DNA of 64,000 nucleotides from positions 131,936,001 through 132,000,000 of the forward strand of contig OX597814.1 in assembly GCA_951406725.2 (NCBI GenBank), written 5' to 3'. Each line of letters starts with the position of its first letter. The stretch's first letter is position 1. Positions 1 to 15,953 of this stretch are shown one piece after another. Below the pieces are notes generated by a model. It was not told the origin of the DNA, did no database searches, and saw only the letters and a program-made list of their open reading frames with translations. The stretch is from Octopus vulgaris. Taxonomy: Eukaryota. The position numbers were made by a program, and so were the translations under genes.

Positions 1-95
1 TTGGTGATGACGCTTGTTGAGTAAGAAGCACGGGTCCTCATATTTTTAAACAATAATCCTGTCGTTTTCGTAAATGGTATGTCACCTTCGGATAA

Positions 96-328
96 GGCGG
101 CGAGCTGGCAGAAACGTTAGCACGCCGGGCGAAATGCTTAGCCGTATTTCGTCTGCCGTTACGTTCTGAGTTCAAATTCCGCCGAGGTCGACTTTGCCTT
201 TCATCCTTTTGAGGTCGATTAAATAAGTACCAGTTACGCACTGGGGTCGATATAATCGACTTAATCCGTTTGTCTGTCCTTGTTTGTTCTTTCCGTGTTT
301 AGCCCCTTGTGGGTAGTAAAGAAATAGG
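96..328 (+). mobile_element. tRNA-derived SINE (family A) with probable target-site duplication
   Basis: Head GGCGGCGAGCTGGCAGAA...GAGTTCAAATTCC (pol III A/B-box-like) followed by core GCCTTTCATCCTTT..GGTCGAT..AAGTACCAG. Flanked by GGTATGTCACCTTCGGATAA (76-95) and GGAATGCCACCTTCGGAGAA (327-346). Many copies in the window. Confidence 0.85.
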
Positions 329-659
329 AATGCCACCTTCGGAGAATACTTGATTCTTGAGTTTGTGTCCCCTCATATAGAGCTAGAATTTCAATTGCTA
401 TTTGGTTATGGTGACATATCCCGTAGATATGGAGATGATTTTAATAAATCAAGAATTTATGTTCTATGCTATTTGTCTATATTGTTCAAACACATGCTCA
501 CGCTACCAGACACCCTGATTTGTTTATTTCTGCTCATTTTTGTTTAAAACATTATAATGATCTGGTTCTAATCAACTGATATATCTCGTTTAAACTGCAA
601 AAAGGATCAAAGCATACAGTCCAAATTAAGTAATGGAGGTAAAATCAAAACACATGCAT

Positions 660-780
660 GCTAATACGCATCACAATCCCCTCTGGACCAATTTTGGCTC
701 GAAATGAAATGGGAAAACTGTCAAAATACAAGGATCTTGAATTCAAGTTACTTAAAGTGCGGGGAATAAAAGTGAAAGTG
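660..780 (+). mobile_element. Degenerate C-terminal scrap of REL-type (Dong/R4-like) LINE
   Basis: Translation NEMGKLSKYKDLEF matches KEMEKLSKYKDLEIE in the LINE copies at 54844-55083. Confidence 0.55.
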
Positions 781-874
781 AAAGTGAAAATGAAAGTGTT
801 AAATGTGATACATGAACAAAATGATAGAAGCCATACTACGACTCAAATACAGCAATAAAATACATTGAGATAAA

Positions 875-1300
875 CTTTCATTGAGTTTGATTTCAAGAGA
901 TTTTTGAGGTGCTTCAGATACGCATCGATGATCTCATCTTTCATTTCTCTGCGCAAGTTATTGTCCAGCTCCAAGATCCCGAGACACGTGCTCCCACCAG
1001 CACCCATGATCTCTATTTACTCTCCGTTTGGCAGTCCTATGCTCCTGCAATCTGCTCATTTCTCACGATTTGAAGTGAGAAGCGTACAGTTTGAGATACC
1101 GAATTCCATCCCAATATAATTGCTGCACAACTGTACAGTCTCAACCAGTCTCGCCGTTTCAGTTAGATTTTGTGAACAGTTTTAAATCACCGAAGAAGAG
1201 AATTTGGTTGAGACGAGGTCCATTCTTCTTCAGATCATAGTGTGCGTTGACTTTATGTAGAATTACGCAAAGAAGGAATCTAGGCTATAACAAATTGCAA
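875..1300 (-). mobile_element. Degenerate reverse transcriptase fragment, Dong/R4-like LINE
   Basis: Minus-strand translation with frameshifts: LNQILFFGDLKLF...IGMEFGISNC...LGILELDNNLRREMKDEIIDAYLKHLKNLLKS. This parallels [13 protein letters not shown]...MQFGLDKC...YLGVIE in the copy at 60440-61198. Confidence 0.7.
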
Positions 1301-1934
1301 AGGTAAACAAGAATTTCACTGTAAGAAAACGTTTTTAATTGTTACCTCGGTTGTGAGCTGGTTGCTAAACTAAGCATGCTGTTTTTGATTAGTGTAAGCA
1401 CATTCGCAGCTACTCCACTCGTGTCCACAAGTGTTTTCAGAACAAATTATAACAAAATCTTTATTATAAACAAAATCTTTATTATAAATAAAAAGATATA
1501 AAATAAATAAAAAAGATATAAAATAAAAAGAAAAATAATATAAAAATATATAAGAAATTATAAAAGTATATATGTTTAGAAAAAATTACCAGATCTTTAT
1601 CTTAAATAAAGAGATAGAAATAAAAATAAATATATCACAATTTAATATGAATAAAGCTTAAAAGTGAAAAAAGGTTTTACAGTTGTTTGTAAGGTATACA
1701 ATAAAAATACATAAAGATAAAAAGTAATAATAGATCTTAGATGGATGTATTTTGTACTTTGGAGGCGTGGTGTTATATATAAAGCCGTTGGCTAGAATTT
1801 GATGTTTGTTCTCTGATCAATGTTTTTTTTTTATCTCTGTCTCAATTACATTTGAGTACTTCTTTTTTGCACTCTTCTAAACCCTTTTGCCTCCATAAAA
1901 AGAGGCAAACATTATTTTTTGTCCTGTATATATA

Positions 1935-2088
1935 TTCTTTCAGTTTCCGTCTAACAAATCCTGTCACAAGGCTTTGGTCGGCCCGAGGCTATAGTAGAAG
2001 AAATTTACCCGAGGTGCTACGCAGCAGGACTGAACCCGGAACCATGTGGTTGGGAAGCAAGATTCTTACCACACAGCCAACCTGTGCC
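1935..2088 (-). mobile_element. SINE family B, 5' part
   Basis: Reverse complement matches the head of the full-length copy at 26911-27340 (GTGTGGTAAG...AACCACATGGTTCCGGGTTCAGTCC...GACGGAAACTGAAAGAA). Confidence 0.85.
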
Positions 2089-2423
2089 CATATATATTTA
2101 ATTTGTAAAATTATGAAGATATACAATGTTCGCAGTTTTAAATATAATGTATAGGTTTCAATTATGTTCAAATATCACTTGTATGGAATATACTTGAGGT
2201 ATTAATGTTGTTAATAGTTTAAAAAGATATAAATGCATTCACTTGTTAAGTTATAAAACGTATTAGTTATAAAATATATAAATGTTTTCCAAACCAAATA
2301 TAAAAACGAAATATATTGATATTATGCAAATTATAATAACCACACGGTGGTCAACATAACGTTCCAAATCATGTGAATAACTTTTGTGCTACGCACAGGT
2401 TACAAATTGTGAGTTCATTGTTA

Positions 2424-2948
2424 TTACGACTCATACTCGTGATTATTTTTACTGGTAATTACATCTATCTTCCGTGCACACACGCAGGCTGATGCTGTAT
2501 CAATTACGTGTGGTTTATATACATACAGTCCATCAATGCATTCATCTGTACGTTTGAGGAAAGTGGATTTAGTATATACAGTCGTACATTGGTAATTTTT
2601 GTTAGAGTTCAGACAGTCTTTACAGCGACAGACTACGTCTGTACGTGATGGCGGGAAAAGTGTTGAATCATAGGTAGTGCGCAGGTACCAAGGGCAAGTT
2701 GAACGGTTACGGATGTCCTCAGAAGGTTCATAATATTTTGGGCAGCTTTTATCACCATCAGTCCGTGTTGCCCAATTACTTTCGGTTGGAGCCTTCTCAG
2801 CCGATAGAAAAAAATTATTGCCATTGGCTGCGCTGGACAGATTCTCATAGCGAACTTCTAAGTTTTTTGGTATTTTACACAGGGTCGGAATTGCCGCCGA
2901 ATATACAATCCAGATGCAGTTGAAGAAGGTTAAAACCTTGGAGAGAAC
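2424..2948 (-). CDS. IL17: Interleukin-17-like cytokine gene 1, exon 2 (body exon)
   Basis: Cystine-knot IL-17 signature: RSTCPW...VVCRCKDC...C..VY...RTDECIDG.YVY......ACVCA. Acceptor TCTCTTACAG|GTT at 2949/2948 (phase 0). Hydrophobic signal VLSKVLTFFNCIWIVYSA. Stop TAA at 2424-2426. Confidence 0.92.
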   Translation of the reverse strand, partial: VLSKVLTFFNCIWIVYSAAIPTLCKIPKNLEVRYENLSSAANGNNFFLSAEKAPTESNWATRTDGDKSCPKYYEPSEDIRNRSTCPWYLRTTYDSTLFPPSRTDVVCRCKDCLNSNKNYQCTTVYTKSTFLKRTDECIDGLYVYKPHVIDTASACVCARKIDVITSKNNHEYES

Positions 2949-3873
2949 CTGTAAGAGAGAACATATTCTCGTCAAGTGTTGCATGTACTTTACTTTTCAT
3001 ATAATTTATCAGAATAAACAATTGTAAGAAGAATTATTGCTTTGACGGTGACATGAATGTATGAGAATTAATGTTAATAATTTATGATTACAGCGTTTCA
3101 ATGGGGGTTAAAGAACAAAACCAAATAATGTTAAAAACAAAAGGTACTTCAGCAGTTTATGATTTATATTTATTATTGCTTTAAGCGAAAAAGCAACTGC
3201 AGCAGTCGACAGTGAAAGAAAGTGAGAAGTAGAAAAGAGATGAAAAATTCGGTAAGAAATTAGAGAAAATAGATAACAGCTTGACTTCCGAACCAGCAAT
3301 TGTAGTTAGTCAAAATGTATGTGTGCCAGAAGCATGAGAACGTTGCTTATACATGTATACATACATATATACATACATACTTGTATACCCAGATACACAC
3401 CATGTATAAATGTTATATAAATATATATAATTTAAAAATAGGATAAAATCTTTATAAAAATTTATCAAGTCGTTAGCGTCAAAAACCTCATAAGAGAAAA
3501 ACTCCACCAATTTTTTCACTAAAACGATAAAAATTACTAAAGTTGATTTCTCAGCCACACTTACCACATGTAATACAACTGTATACACAGTTACAATATA
3601 CTTAATGTAGTCATAAGCAAAAACATAAAAAGAATAATTTATACAATATTAGTGCAATGATGGGAGACAACATAAAATTTAATTTTAAGAAACTTTCCAA
3701 ATTTATGAGAGGTATTGGAATCTAGATGATCTAAAGAATGGTATCTAGAAGTCGCATCTCATATCGTCTTTGATGAAGGGATATCCATTAATATCCCACT
3801 AGCAGTTGTAAGGCTATGTCTATGTCTGTATCTTTCTCCTCATAGCCTTGTCTTTGTTATCTCATTTTATCTA

Positions 3874-3923
<50 letters not shown>

Positions 3924-3991
3924 ATGTAATTTACGTATATACATATATATATGTGTGTATATATATGTGTGTATATATATGTGTGTATATA

Positions 3992-5068
3992 CGAGGGGCG
4001 TTCAATAAGTAATGCCCCTGACCCACTTCCCATAGCAGTAGAGCAACGAAATTTGGCACAGTTATTAGTCTTTTTCTACATAGGAACCACCCAGAGTTAC
4101 GCATTTCTCCCATCGTTTGATGCGGCTCTGGAGACCGTTTTTGTAGAAGAACCCAGCTAGGTCCTCCAACCTCAACGTGACTTCAGAAATCAAGGCTGCA
4201 TCATCTGGGAAACGCTTTCCTTTCAAAAACAACTTCATGATTGGGAAGAGGTGAAAATCAGAGGGTGCAAGGTCAGGAAAGTAGGGGGGATGGGGAGGAG
4301 TTCATAGCCATGCGCCTGTGCTTCTGATCTGGCGACAAGCGAGTTGTGGACCGGAGCGTTGTCCTGCAGGAGGAGGATGCCTTTGCTGATCTTGCCCCGC
4401 CTCTTGATTTTGATAACTTCTCTTAATTTCCTCAAAAGTGAAGCATAATAGGCTCCTGCAATTGTGGTACCCTTTGCCAGGAAATCTGTCATCACTACTC
4501 CGTCCTGGTCCCAGAAGACTGTGAGCATGACCTTGCCAGCGGAGGGCTGCACCCTTGCCTTCTTTGGAGGGGGTGAGTCACGGTGCTTCCACTGCATTGA
4601 CTGGGCTTTGGTCTCTGGATCATCGTGATGGACCCAGGTTTCATCCTGTGTAATCAGTCTTTTGAAAAATTTTGACTCATCTTCTTGGCACATCTCCAAA
4701 TTCACCCTCGAGCACTCGACGCGTTCTTGCTTCTGGAAAGGTGTGAGCAACCTGGGAATCCATCTGGCAGACACCTTTTGCATATGCAAATGGTCATGAA
4801 TGATAGTTTCCACAGACCCGGTACTAATCTTGACCTCATGGGCTATTTGGCGAATAATTATGCGTCGATCTTCCAAAATGGCAGCCTCAACTTGACGGAC
4901 AGATGCCTCATCAATGGCAGAAGGGGGCGACCAGATCTGGGAGCTGTTTTCACAGAGCTGTAATTTGCCACTTACTCTATAGAGATATAAATAATTGCAC
5001 ATGCAAAATTTCAGCTAGATTAAACAACTGCAAGTGGGTCAGAGGCATTACTTATTGAACGCCCCTCG
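3992..5068 (-). mobile_element. Mariner DNA transposon, internally deleted, inside IL-17 intron 1
   Basis: TIR CGAGGGGCGTTCAATAAGTAATGCC.CTGACCCACTT at both ends, with TA on both sides. Transposase motifs WIPRLL, ITQDETWVH, QDNAPVH, and a frameshifted PYFPDLAPSDF. Confidence 0.95.
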
Positions 5069-5079
5069 TATGTGTAGAT

Positions 5080-6385
5080 TCTGCGACACTATGACTGGGT
5101 ACTGAAGCAATTAATGAACTACTCAAAAGTGGATGTGGTATACCTCGACTTTGCGAAGGCATTTGACAAGGTTGATCATGGAATGATATGCCACAACATA
5201 CGGGGAATCGCCATCACAGATAAAGTCGGAGAGTGGCTGCATGATTTCCTAAAGGACAGGAGCCAAACTGTAGAAGCCAACGGTGCTCTCTCCACTGAGA
5301 CACCAATAGTGAGTGGAGTGCCCCGGGCGCTGTGCTGGGACCACTGCTTCTCATGGTAGCCCTATCGGATATGCCATCAGTGACAAAAACAGTCATGCTT
5401 ACAAGCTATACTGACTACACAGTCAGTCAAGGAAACCTCTGATATTACGCTCTTACATAAAGATCTAGATGCCATTTATACATGGGCTGAGGATAACAAC
5501 ATGCAATTTAATGCAAGTAAATTCCAGGCCCTCCGCTACCAGTTAAGCACTGCTCAGGAATCACGACATCAGTACATTGGACCAAGTGGAGCAACGATCC
5601 CAGAAGCAAAAACGGTGCGTGATCTTGGAATAGAAATGAGGAACAATGCCTCATTTCACACACATATCATCAAAATGGTAGCAGTATCCAGAAGACTGGC
5701 TGGTTGGATCCTGAGAACCTTCCGGACAAGGGACCAAGAAACTATGATGACACTATGGAAGTCATTTATCCTCAGCAGCCTGGGCTTCTGCTCTCAGCTA
5801 TGGTCACCTTATACTACAAGGACGATAGCAGAGCTTGAAACAGTCCAACGACATTACACAAAGAAAGTTGCATCAATGGAACGATTGAGTTACTGGAACG
5901 ATTGGGAGCTGTGACTCTATTCCCTGGAACGAAGACGGGAGAGGTATGCAGTGATATATATATGAAAGTTACTGGAAGCACTGGTACCAAACTTTGGAAT
6001 AAAGAGCTATACCAGACCACGAACAGGACGTCACTGTGCTGTCCCCATCGTGCCGACTGCTTCATCTCGAGCAAGGACGATGTACTGCAATAGCTTGGGT
6101 TTCAAGGGCCCACAACTGTTTAACTGTCTGCCGAAGCATCGGAGGAGCCTCCATGGAGTGGATGATATAGACGTTTTTAAACGTGAACTTGACCTCTGGC
6201 TCGCCGAGATCCCGGCTGAGCCAATATCTAAGCAAGAAACTCAAAAGAGGGCAGTAGCATCGAACTCCATCCTTCACTAGAAGCCGGTCCGACAAAAGTG
6301 GAAAGTGGAAAGATGATTACAATGGCAGTGCTCCAGCTTGGCCACAGTCATTGGACTGAAACATATAAGAGAAAAAATAAGAGAG
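5080..6385 (+). mobile_element. 5'-truncated CR1/L2-group LINE (RT C-terminal half + 3' end)
   Basis: Frameshifted translation VDVVYLDFAKAFDKVDH, SGVP..LGP, W...NMQFNASKFQ, RDLG, WSPY...LETVQR. 3' end GGCAGTGCTCCAGCTTGGCCACAGTCATTGGACTGAAAC plus a short repeat tail. Confidence 0.9.
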
Positions 6386-6673
6386 AAAATATATAATTGC
6401 ATACATGCACATATATATATATATATATATATATATTTTTGTGCGTGTGTCCGCGTGTCTGCGTGTATGTCCCCACCACTACTTGAGAAGCAGTGTTGGT
6501 GTGTTTACTTCAACGTAAATTGGGGGTTTGAGAAAACCCGATAGAATAAGTATCAGGCTGAAGAGAGGGAAACATAATGAAGTCGATTCATTCGACTAAA
6601 ATTCTTGGAGGTGGTACCAAATCGTTGTCGCAGTCAAATGACTGAAACAAGTAAAAGAATACAAGAATATTAC

Positions 6674-6688
6674 TTTAGTAATAATCGT
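6674..6688 (-). pseudogene. Duplicated IL-17 first exon, cassette A, start codon mutated
   Basis: ACG ATT ATT ACT AAA|GTAATA. Flanks (about 6470-6990) align with cassettes B and C. Confidence 0.65.
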
Positions 6689-8438
6689 TAAACTTATTGT
6701 CGAATTGGAAATGAAATAATTAACGTGCAATAAGGCATTTTACTGTAGAAACCTGAATTTGATGGTTTCACAGTGTGATATGGTTAGCGAGATACACTAT
6801 TTCTCTAAGGTCTAATTTTATATAGTTACCACAAATAGGGATTACCAGGTTAAATTACTCATAATATGAAAAAAAAAACTGTGTGAAAACTTGTTAATAT
6901 GAAAAGTAAACCGGAAATGAAATAACGGAAAACATTTCTGTTGACTTATATAATCTATTAATAATATATCACTCACTCACTCACTCAGATTACATGGTTT
7001 CATAATCTACTTAGACACAAGAGTAGCAGAGTTACACAAATTATCATATTTTTTCTTTAAATATGGCACCAGTCTAAAACCGATTGTGTGTATATGATAT
7101 ATTTTCAATGTATTTCTTATTTCTTATACGTATTATGGTCGCTGGGAGGTGGAAAGGAAGTTGAAGCCACTTATTCATTGCTATGTAAATGGCAACTTGT
7201 ATTCTGCAAACAGCATAATTAAAATATGTTCAACATATTAAATAATAGCATTCAGACAATCTCTAGGCAAGGGGAAAAAAGCAAGTTAAAAATAACTAGC
7301 TTCAACTCAATGACTAATTTCGACAGTTACAATAGAAGTACACATTACACAATGCTGGCCGCAGTAACAATTTTGTTCTGGTTTAGATACAAATTGAGTA
7401 GTGTTGAGTGAAGTGGGTTAGTCGATGTTGTTGACATTCAGTACGTAAGTGCTAATTTATTTTATCGACTCCGAAAGGATGTATGGAAGGCAACATTTCT
7501 TACGCGGTGTTTGAAATCAGAACATAGGTTCTGCTATTTCACCGGCTTCTGATTCAAGATTGAAACTAGTCATACATACGTACAATATCGAATATGAGCA
7601 AGTGTGAAATACTAACATTACATATAAGAGAATAAAAAATATAAAAAAAAATAAAACGATAAAAACTACTAAAGTTGATTTCTCAGCCACACTGATCACA
7701 TATAAAAGAACAATATTCACAGCTACAATTTACCTAATGTAGTCATCAGCACATAACATATAGAGAATAATTTGTACAATATTAGTACAATGAAGGGAGA
7801 CAATATAACATTTAATTGTAAAGATCTATCCCAAATTTCCCATCCTTCGTAGAACATATTTTATTCATATCCGGTATCTTTGTGATGTTTCAGTTATTTA
7901 ACTCTGGCTATGCTGGGGCGCCGCCTTGAATAGTTTCGAGTGGAACTTGCTAAGAAGCTTGCTTTCCAACCACATGGTTCCGGGTTCAGTCCCACTACGT
8001 GGTACCTTATGCGTCTGTCCTCTACAAGAGTCTCCAGCCGACCAAATTGTTGTGAGTGGATTTGTTAGGCGGAAACTGAAAGGAGCTTGTCGTATATATG
8101 TATATACTGACAGAGAATTAAGTCCGGAATCAGCCGAATCAGGTGGTCCCTACTGATAGGGTAACGGAATTGGCTGGTGTGTTCGGGCGATTACAATCCC
8201 TCTCAGTACATACGTATACTATTATGTGCTTTAACTACACAACATTAGTGCTTTTTAACATTTATTACTAGCAATGTAGGTGTTCTAATACCCTAGTCAT
8301 ATTTAGTGACAACTATAGTTTACCTTTTTGCAACACATAGCACACGGCTGTCTATACTAATTATGATATATATATATATGAAAGGGATTGGGATCTAGAA
8401 GATCCAAAGTTTGGTATCTAGAACACCCATCTCACATT

Positions 8439-8486
8439 GTCTCTGAAGAAGGGATATCCATAGTATCCCAGAAACAATTGTAAGTC
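8439..8486 (+). ncRNA. Minimal type I hammerhead ribozyme motif
   Basis: GTCT-CTGAAGA-A-GGGATA(tccatag)TATCCC-A-GAAA-CAATTG-TA-AGTC: complete core and palindromic stem III, one mismatch in stem I. Degenerate paralogue at about 3766-3814. Confidence 0.65.
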
Positions 8487-8563
8487 TATATCTATATCTT
8501 TTTTTTCCATACAAATGTCCTGAAACTCCTCATAGTCTTGGCTTCACTATTTCATTTTGTTTA

Positions 8564-8634
<71 letters not shown>

Positions 8635-8650
8635 TTTGTATATGTATGCA

Positions 8651-8689
<39 letters not shown>

Positions 8690-8735
8690 ATATGTCTGTG
8701 TGTGTATACATATATATATATATATGTATATAAGT

Positions 8736-8769
<34 letters not shown>

Positions 8770-9033
8770 AAATATATATATGTATATATATTTATATACA
8801 TATATCTGCATACGTCCCAACCACTGGCTGAGAACCGATGTTGGTGCATTTATTTCCCCGTAAATTGGGTGTTAGGCAAAATCCGATAGAATAAGTATCA
8901 AGCTCATGAAAGGGAAACGTAATGGAGTCGATTGATCTGACTAAAATTCTTGGAGGTGATACACAAGCTTTGTCGCAGTCAAATAACTGAAACAAGTAAA
9001 AGAATAGAAGAATACAATTTTAAGCTTACTTAC

Positions 9034-9048
9034 TTTAGTTATAATCAT
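9034..9048 (-). CDS. IL17: IL-17-like gene 1, most likely first coding exon (MIITK), cassette B
   Basis: ATG ATT ATA ACT AAA|GTAAGT: canonical donor, phase 0, homologous to exon 1 of gene 2 (ATG ATA ACA AAA|GTAAGT). Splicing to 2948 gives MIITKVLSKVLTFFNCIWIVYSA, a plausible signal peptide. The pairing is inferred, not shown. Confidence 0.7.
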
Positions 9049-9176
9049 TATACTGATTGTTGACTTGGAATCGAAATAATTAACGTGGCAAGAAGATATT
9101 CTACAGTAGAAACCTGAATTTGATCGTTTCACAATGTGAGATGTTTAGCGAGTGACACTATTTCTCTAAGGTCTAC

Positions 9177-9185
9177 TTTTATATA
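9177..9185 (-). promoter_or_regulatory. Candidate TATA box, IL-17 cassette B
   Basis: TATATAAAA on the minus strand about 130 bp upstream of the ATG at 9048. Same position in cassette A (6816-6824, intact) and cassette C (about 16082-16090, TATATGAAA). Confidence 0.55.
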
Positions 9186-9332
9186 GTTACCACTGGATAA
9201 GGATTACCAGGTTAAATTACTCATAACGTTAAAAAAAAAAGGAGTGAAAATTTGTTAATATAAAAATAAGCTGGAACGGAACTGAAACAAGGAAAAACTT
9301 TTACTCTGACATATAATCTAGTAAAAATATAT

Positions 9333-9510
9333 CACTCACTCACTCACTCACTCACTCACTCACTCACTCACTCACTCACTCACTCACTCACTCACTCACT
9401 CACTCACTCACTCACTCACTCGCTCGCTCACTCACTCACTCACTCACTCACTCACTCACTCACTCACTCACTCACTCATTCACTCATTCCCTCATTCACT
9501 CGCTCGCTCA
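9333..9510. repeat. (CACT)n microsatellite upstream of IL-17 cassette B
   Basis: Direct reading. The equivalent tracts are at 6970-6987 (short) and 16241-16460 (long). Confidence 0.95.
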
Positions 9511-10495
9511 TTGTTTCAATCTCCTTCTTTCCTCGCATACACCCCCCACATACGCTCACGCACACACAAACATACACAGAGGTGTCTGTGACCGATAAAG
9601 TTTGTGCTTTATCTATTGTTTTTCATTAAGATCTACTTGTATAAATGTTATAGTTTCATAGTGTTGTTATGCAAATCATTTCTAAACTGGCGAAAGCTTG
9701 AAGCACCAACGATATCTGATGGGTTAAGTTTCGAAGGACACTTTCACATCTTCATTGCTATCAACATATGTTTACGATTGTTATTATTTTGTGATTTTTT
9801 TCTAAATGTACATAATGTAACTAAGAAACATACAATATAATGAATATAACAGACTAATTTGATAAATATAACTGAGAAGCGAGTGGGATGAATCGATACT
9901 GCGCTGGGCGAAATACTTAGCGGCATTTCGTCAGTATTTGCGATCTGGGTCCAATTTCCGTCGAGGTCAACTTTGCCCTTCAATCCATATTTTATCCATA
10001 TCCTTTATCGTTGTGATGTTTCAGTTATTTTTCTGTGGCCCTGCCGGGGCGCAGGCCTTGAAGGGTTTCGAGTGGAACTTGCTAAGAAGCTTGCTCCCCA
10101 ACCACATGGTTCTGGGTTCAGTACCACTACGAGGCACCTAATGCGAGTGTCCCCTACAAGAGTCTCCAGCCTAGCACAGTTTTGTAGTGGGTTTGTTAGG
10201 CGGAAACTGAAAGGAGCTCGTCGTATATATTTATGTACTGACAGAGAATTAAGTCCAGAATCAGCCGAATCAAGTGGTCCCTACTGATGGGACTACATAA
10301 TTGGCTGGTGTGTTCGGGCGATTACAATCCCTCTCAGTACATACGTATACAATTATGTGCTTTAACTACACAGCATTAGAACTTTTTAACATTTATTTCT
10401 AGCAATGTAGGTGTTCTAATACCCTAGTCATATTCAGTGACAATTATGGTTTTCCTTTTTGGTAACACATTGCATACGGCTGTCTATATGAATTA

Positions 10496-10542
<47 letters not shown>

Positions 10543-10606
10543 ATGTATGTATATAGATATCTGTATGTACATATATATATATATATATGTATATATCTGT
10601 ATGTAC

Positions 10607-10661
<55 letters not shown>

Positions 10662-11467
10662 TATACGTACACATGTATATATATATGTGTGTGTATATAT
10701 ATAATTATATAAATATTATATATATGCATATATACATACTTATACGTACATACATGTATACATATATATACATGCATATGTGAGCACAGGACGTCACCAA
10801 ATCTAAACAACTAAAAATACGAAGTACGAGAACATGAAATATGAACTTTTTTGCGAGCAACGAAAGAAAGAAATGGAAAACAAGATAAACGACATAAAGA
10901 ATGTCCCTTCATCAGTTGTCGGCTATTTTTCTACTCCCGTATTCCGAGTATTTTACGACAAGATACGCCTTCGATAAAACGGTTGCTCCGGCAAAGCAAA
11001 TTAAATAAAACTTGGTATTTTGTGGAGGGTCAAAATTGTTGACAAAAACAGAGGAGTGAAAACAAACAGGAAGGGCTGCTAAGTCTAAACAAGGTTGTGG
11101 TGTCGAAAGCGAAGAAACAAGCTTGGACAGGAGACAGACAAAAATACTTTTCCTTGTGCAGCAGCAACAGAAAGAAAGAAACACAAGTTAGTAGAAGAAA
11201 GAAGGATGGCCGATGGTCACCTGGGAGCCACGTGAGCAAAGAAGGAAGAGTAACACACAGTGAACTGTGAAGGGGAGAGGAAAGATTTGGAGAAAGGATG
11301 AGACAGAAAAAAGGTGAGGGAAGGGGAGGTAAAAGAATAAGAGAAAGGAAGAGAGACAAAAAAACGAAAGAGTAATAGGAAGAATAGAGAGTCACATCAG
11401 AATTATTACGATAACACTTGGAAAAGGATGCGTGGCGTGCAATCATATAATAATATAAAATACATAC

Positions 11468-14940
<3,473 letters not shown>

Positions 14941-15179
14941 GATAATTTCTAAGAGTTTATAAATACTCACATATACACAAAAATTTATAAATATATAAAA
15001 ATTCATACACATATAAAAATTTTAAAAAAACATAACAATTCATAAATAAAAATATATGAAAAGTGTAAGTCCATAAATGTACTTCCGAAGTAATCGGTTG
15101 AGCTGTATAAAGTGTATACCTATATCACTTGTTTCTTAATTGTTCTACACACACATACACACACACACATACATACATG

Positions 15180-15229
<50 letters not shown>

Positions 15230-15475
15230 TAAATATATATATATATTATATATATATATATCAATAATAAAAGGATAAAATTAATTAATTATTAATTAAT
15301 TTTACCAAGTAGTGTTCAGTATGTAAAAAGACCATTTACGGTATATTTAAAACATTACGTTATATAATTAGGGTTCAGTAAAATAATTTACTTTACCACA
15401 CACCGAACTTTTAGAAATAGCAGCCCAAAAATCTTAGCTATTTCTTCTACTATAAGAAAAATCTCACAGACAATT

Positions 15476-15691
<216 letters not shown>

Positions 15692-15938
15692 CTGCTTGTT
15701 CGTGTGTCTGTGTATATGTACCCAATACTGCTTGAGAACCGGTGTTGGTGCGCTTACTTTCCCGAAAATTGGGGGTTTGGTAAAACCCGATAGAATAAGT
15801 ATCAGGCTGAAGAGAGGGAAACGTAATGGAGTCAATTCATTCGACTAAAATTCTTGGTGTTGATACACAAGCATTGTCGCAGTCAAATGACTGAAACAAG
15901 TAAAAGAAAAAAAATAATATAATTCTAAGCTTACGCAC

Positions 15939-15953
15939 TTTAGTAATAATCAT
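15939..15953 (-). CDS. Duplicated IL-17 first exon (MIITK), cassette C, weaker donor
   Basis: ATG ATT ATT ACT AAA|GTGCGT. Flanks (about 15720-16707) align with cassette B (8815-9720). Confidence 0.55.

Larger units (their letters stand above)
7650..9720. repeat. Segmental duplication unit B (IL-17 intron piece + exon 1 + promoter + (CACT)n)
   Basis: 7652-7825 matches 3520-3690. 8380-8540 matches 3707-3860. 7860-8370 matches 9985-10500. 8815-9340 matches 6470-6990 and 15720-16250. 9575-9720 matches 16550-16707. Confidence 0.85.

Noticed and set aside
96-185. tRNA genes at SINE heads (also 26911, 40167, 46268)
   Set aside because: A/B-box-like motifs continue into SINE bodies and do not give a clean cloverleaf. 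These are tRNA-derived heads only.
2949-2984. ORF-track start MQHLTRICSLLQ for IL-17 gene 1
   Set aside because: It lies upstream of a good acceptor (TCTCTTACAG) at the same position as in gene 2, which has no such ATG. It is most likely intronic read-through.
2989-3000. ATG AAA AGT AAA|GTACAT as exon 1 of gene 1
   Set aside because: It would need a 40-nt intron and a weak donor, and has no promoter homology to gene 2. The MIITK cassettes fit better.
10890-10925. Hammerhead at minus-strand GACAA-CTGATGA-AGGGAC (and CTGATGA at about 13200 and 24810)
   Set aside because: No matching stem II/GAAA/stem I partner found nearby. At best these are half motifs.
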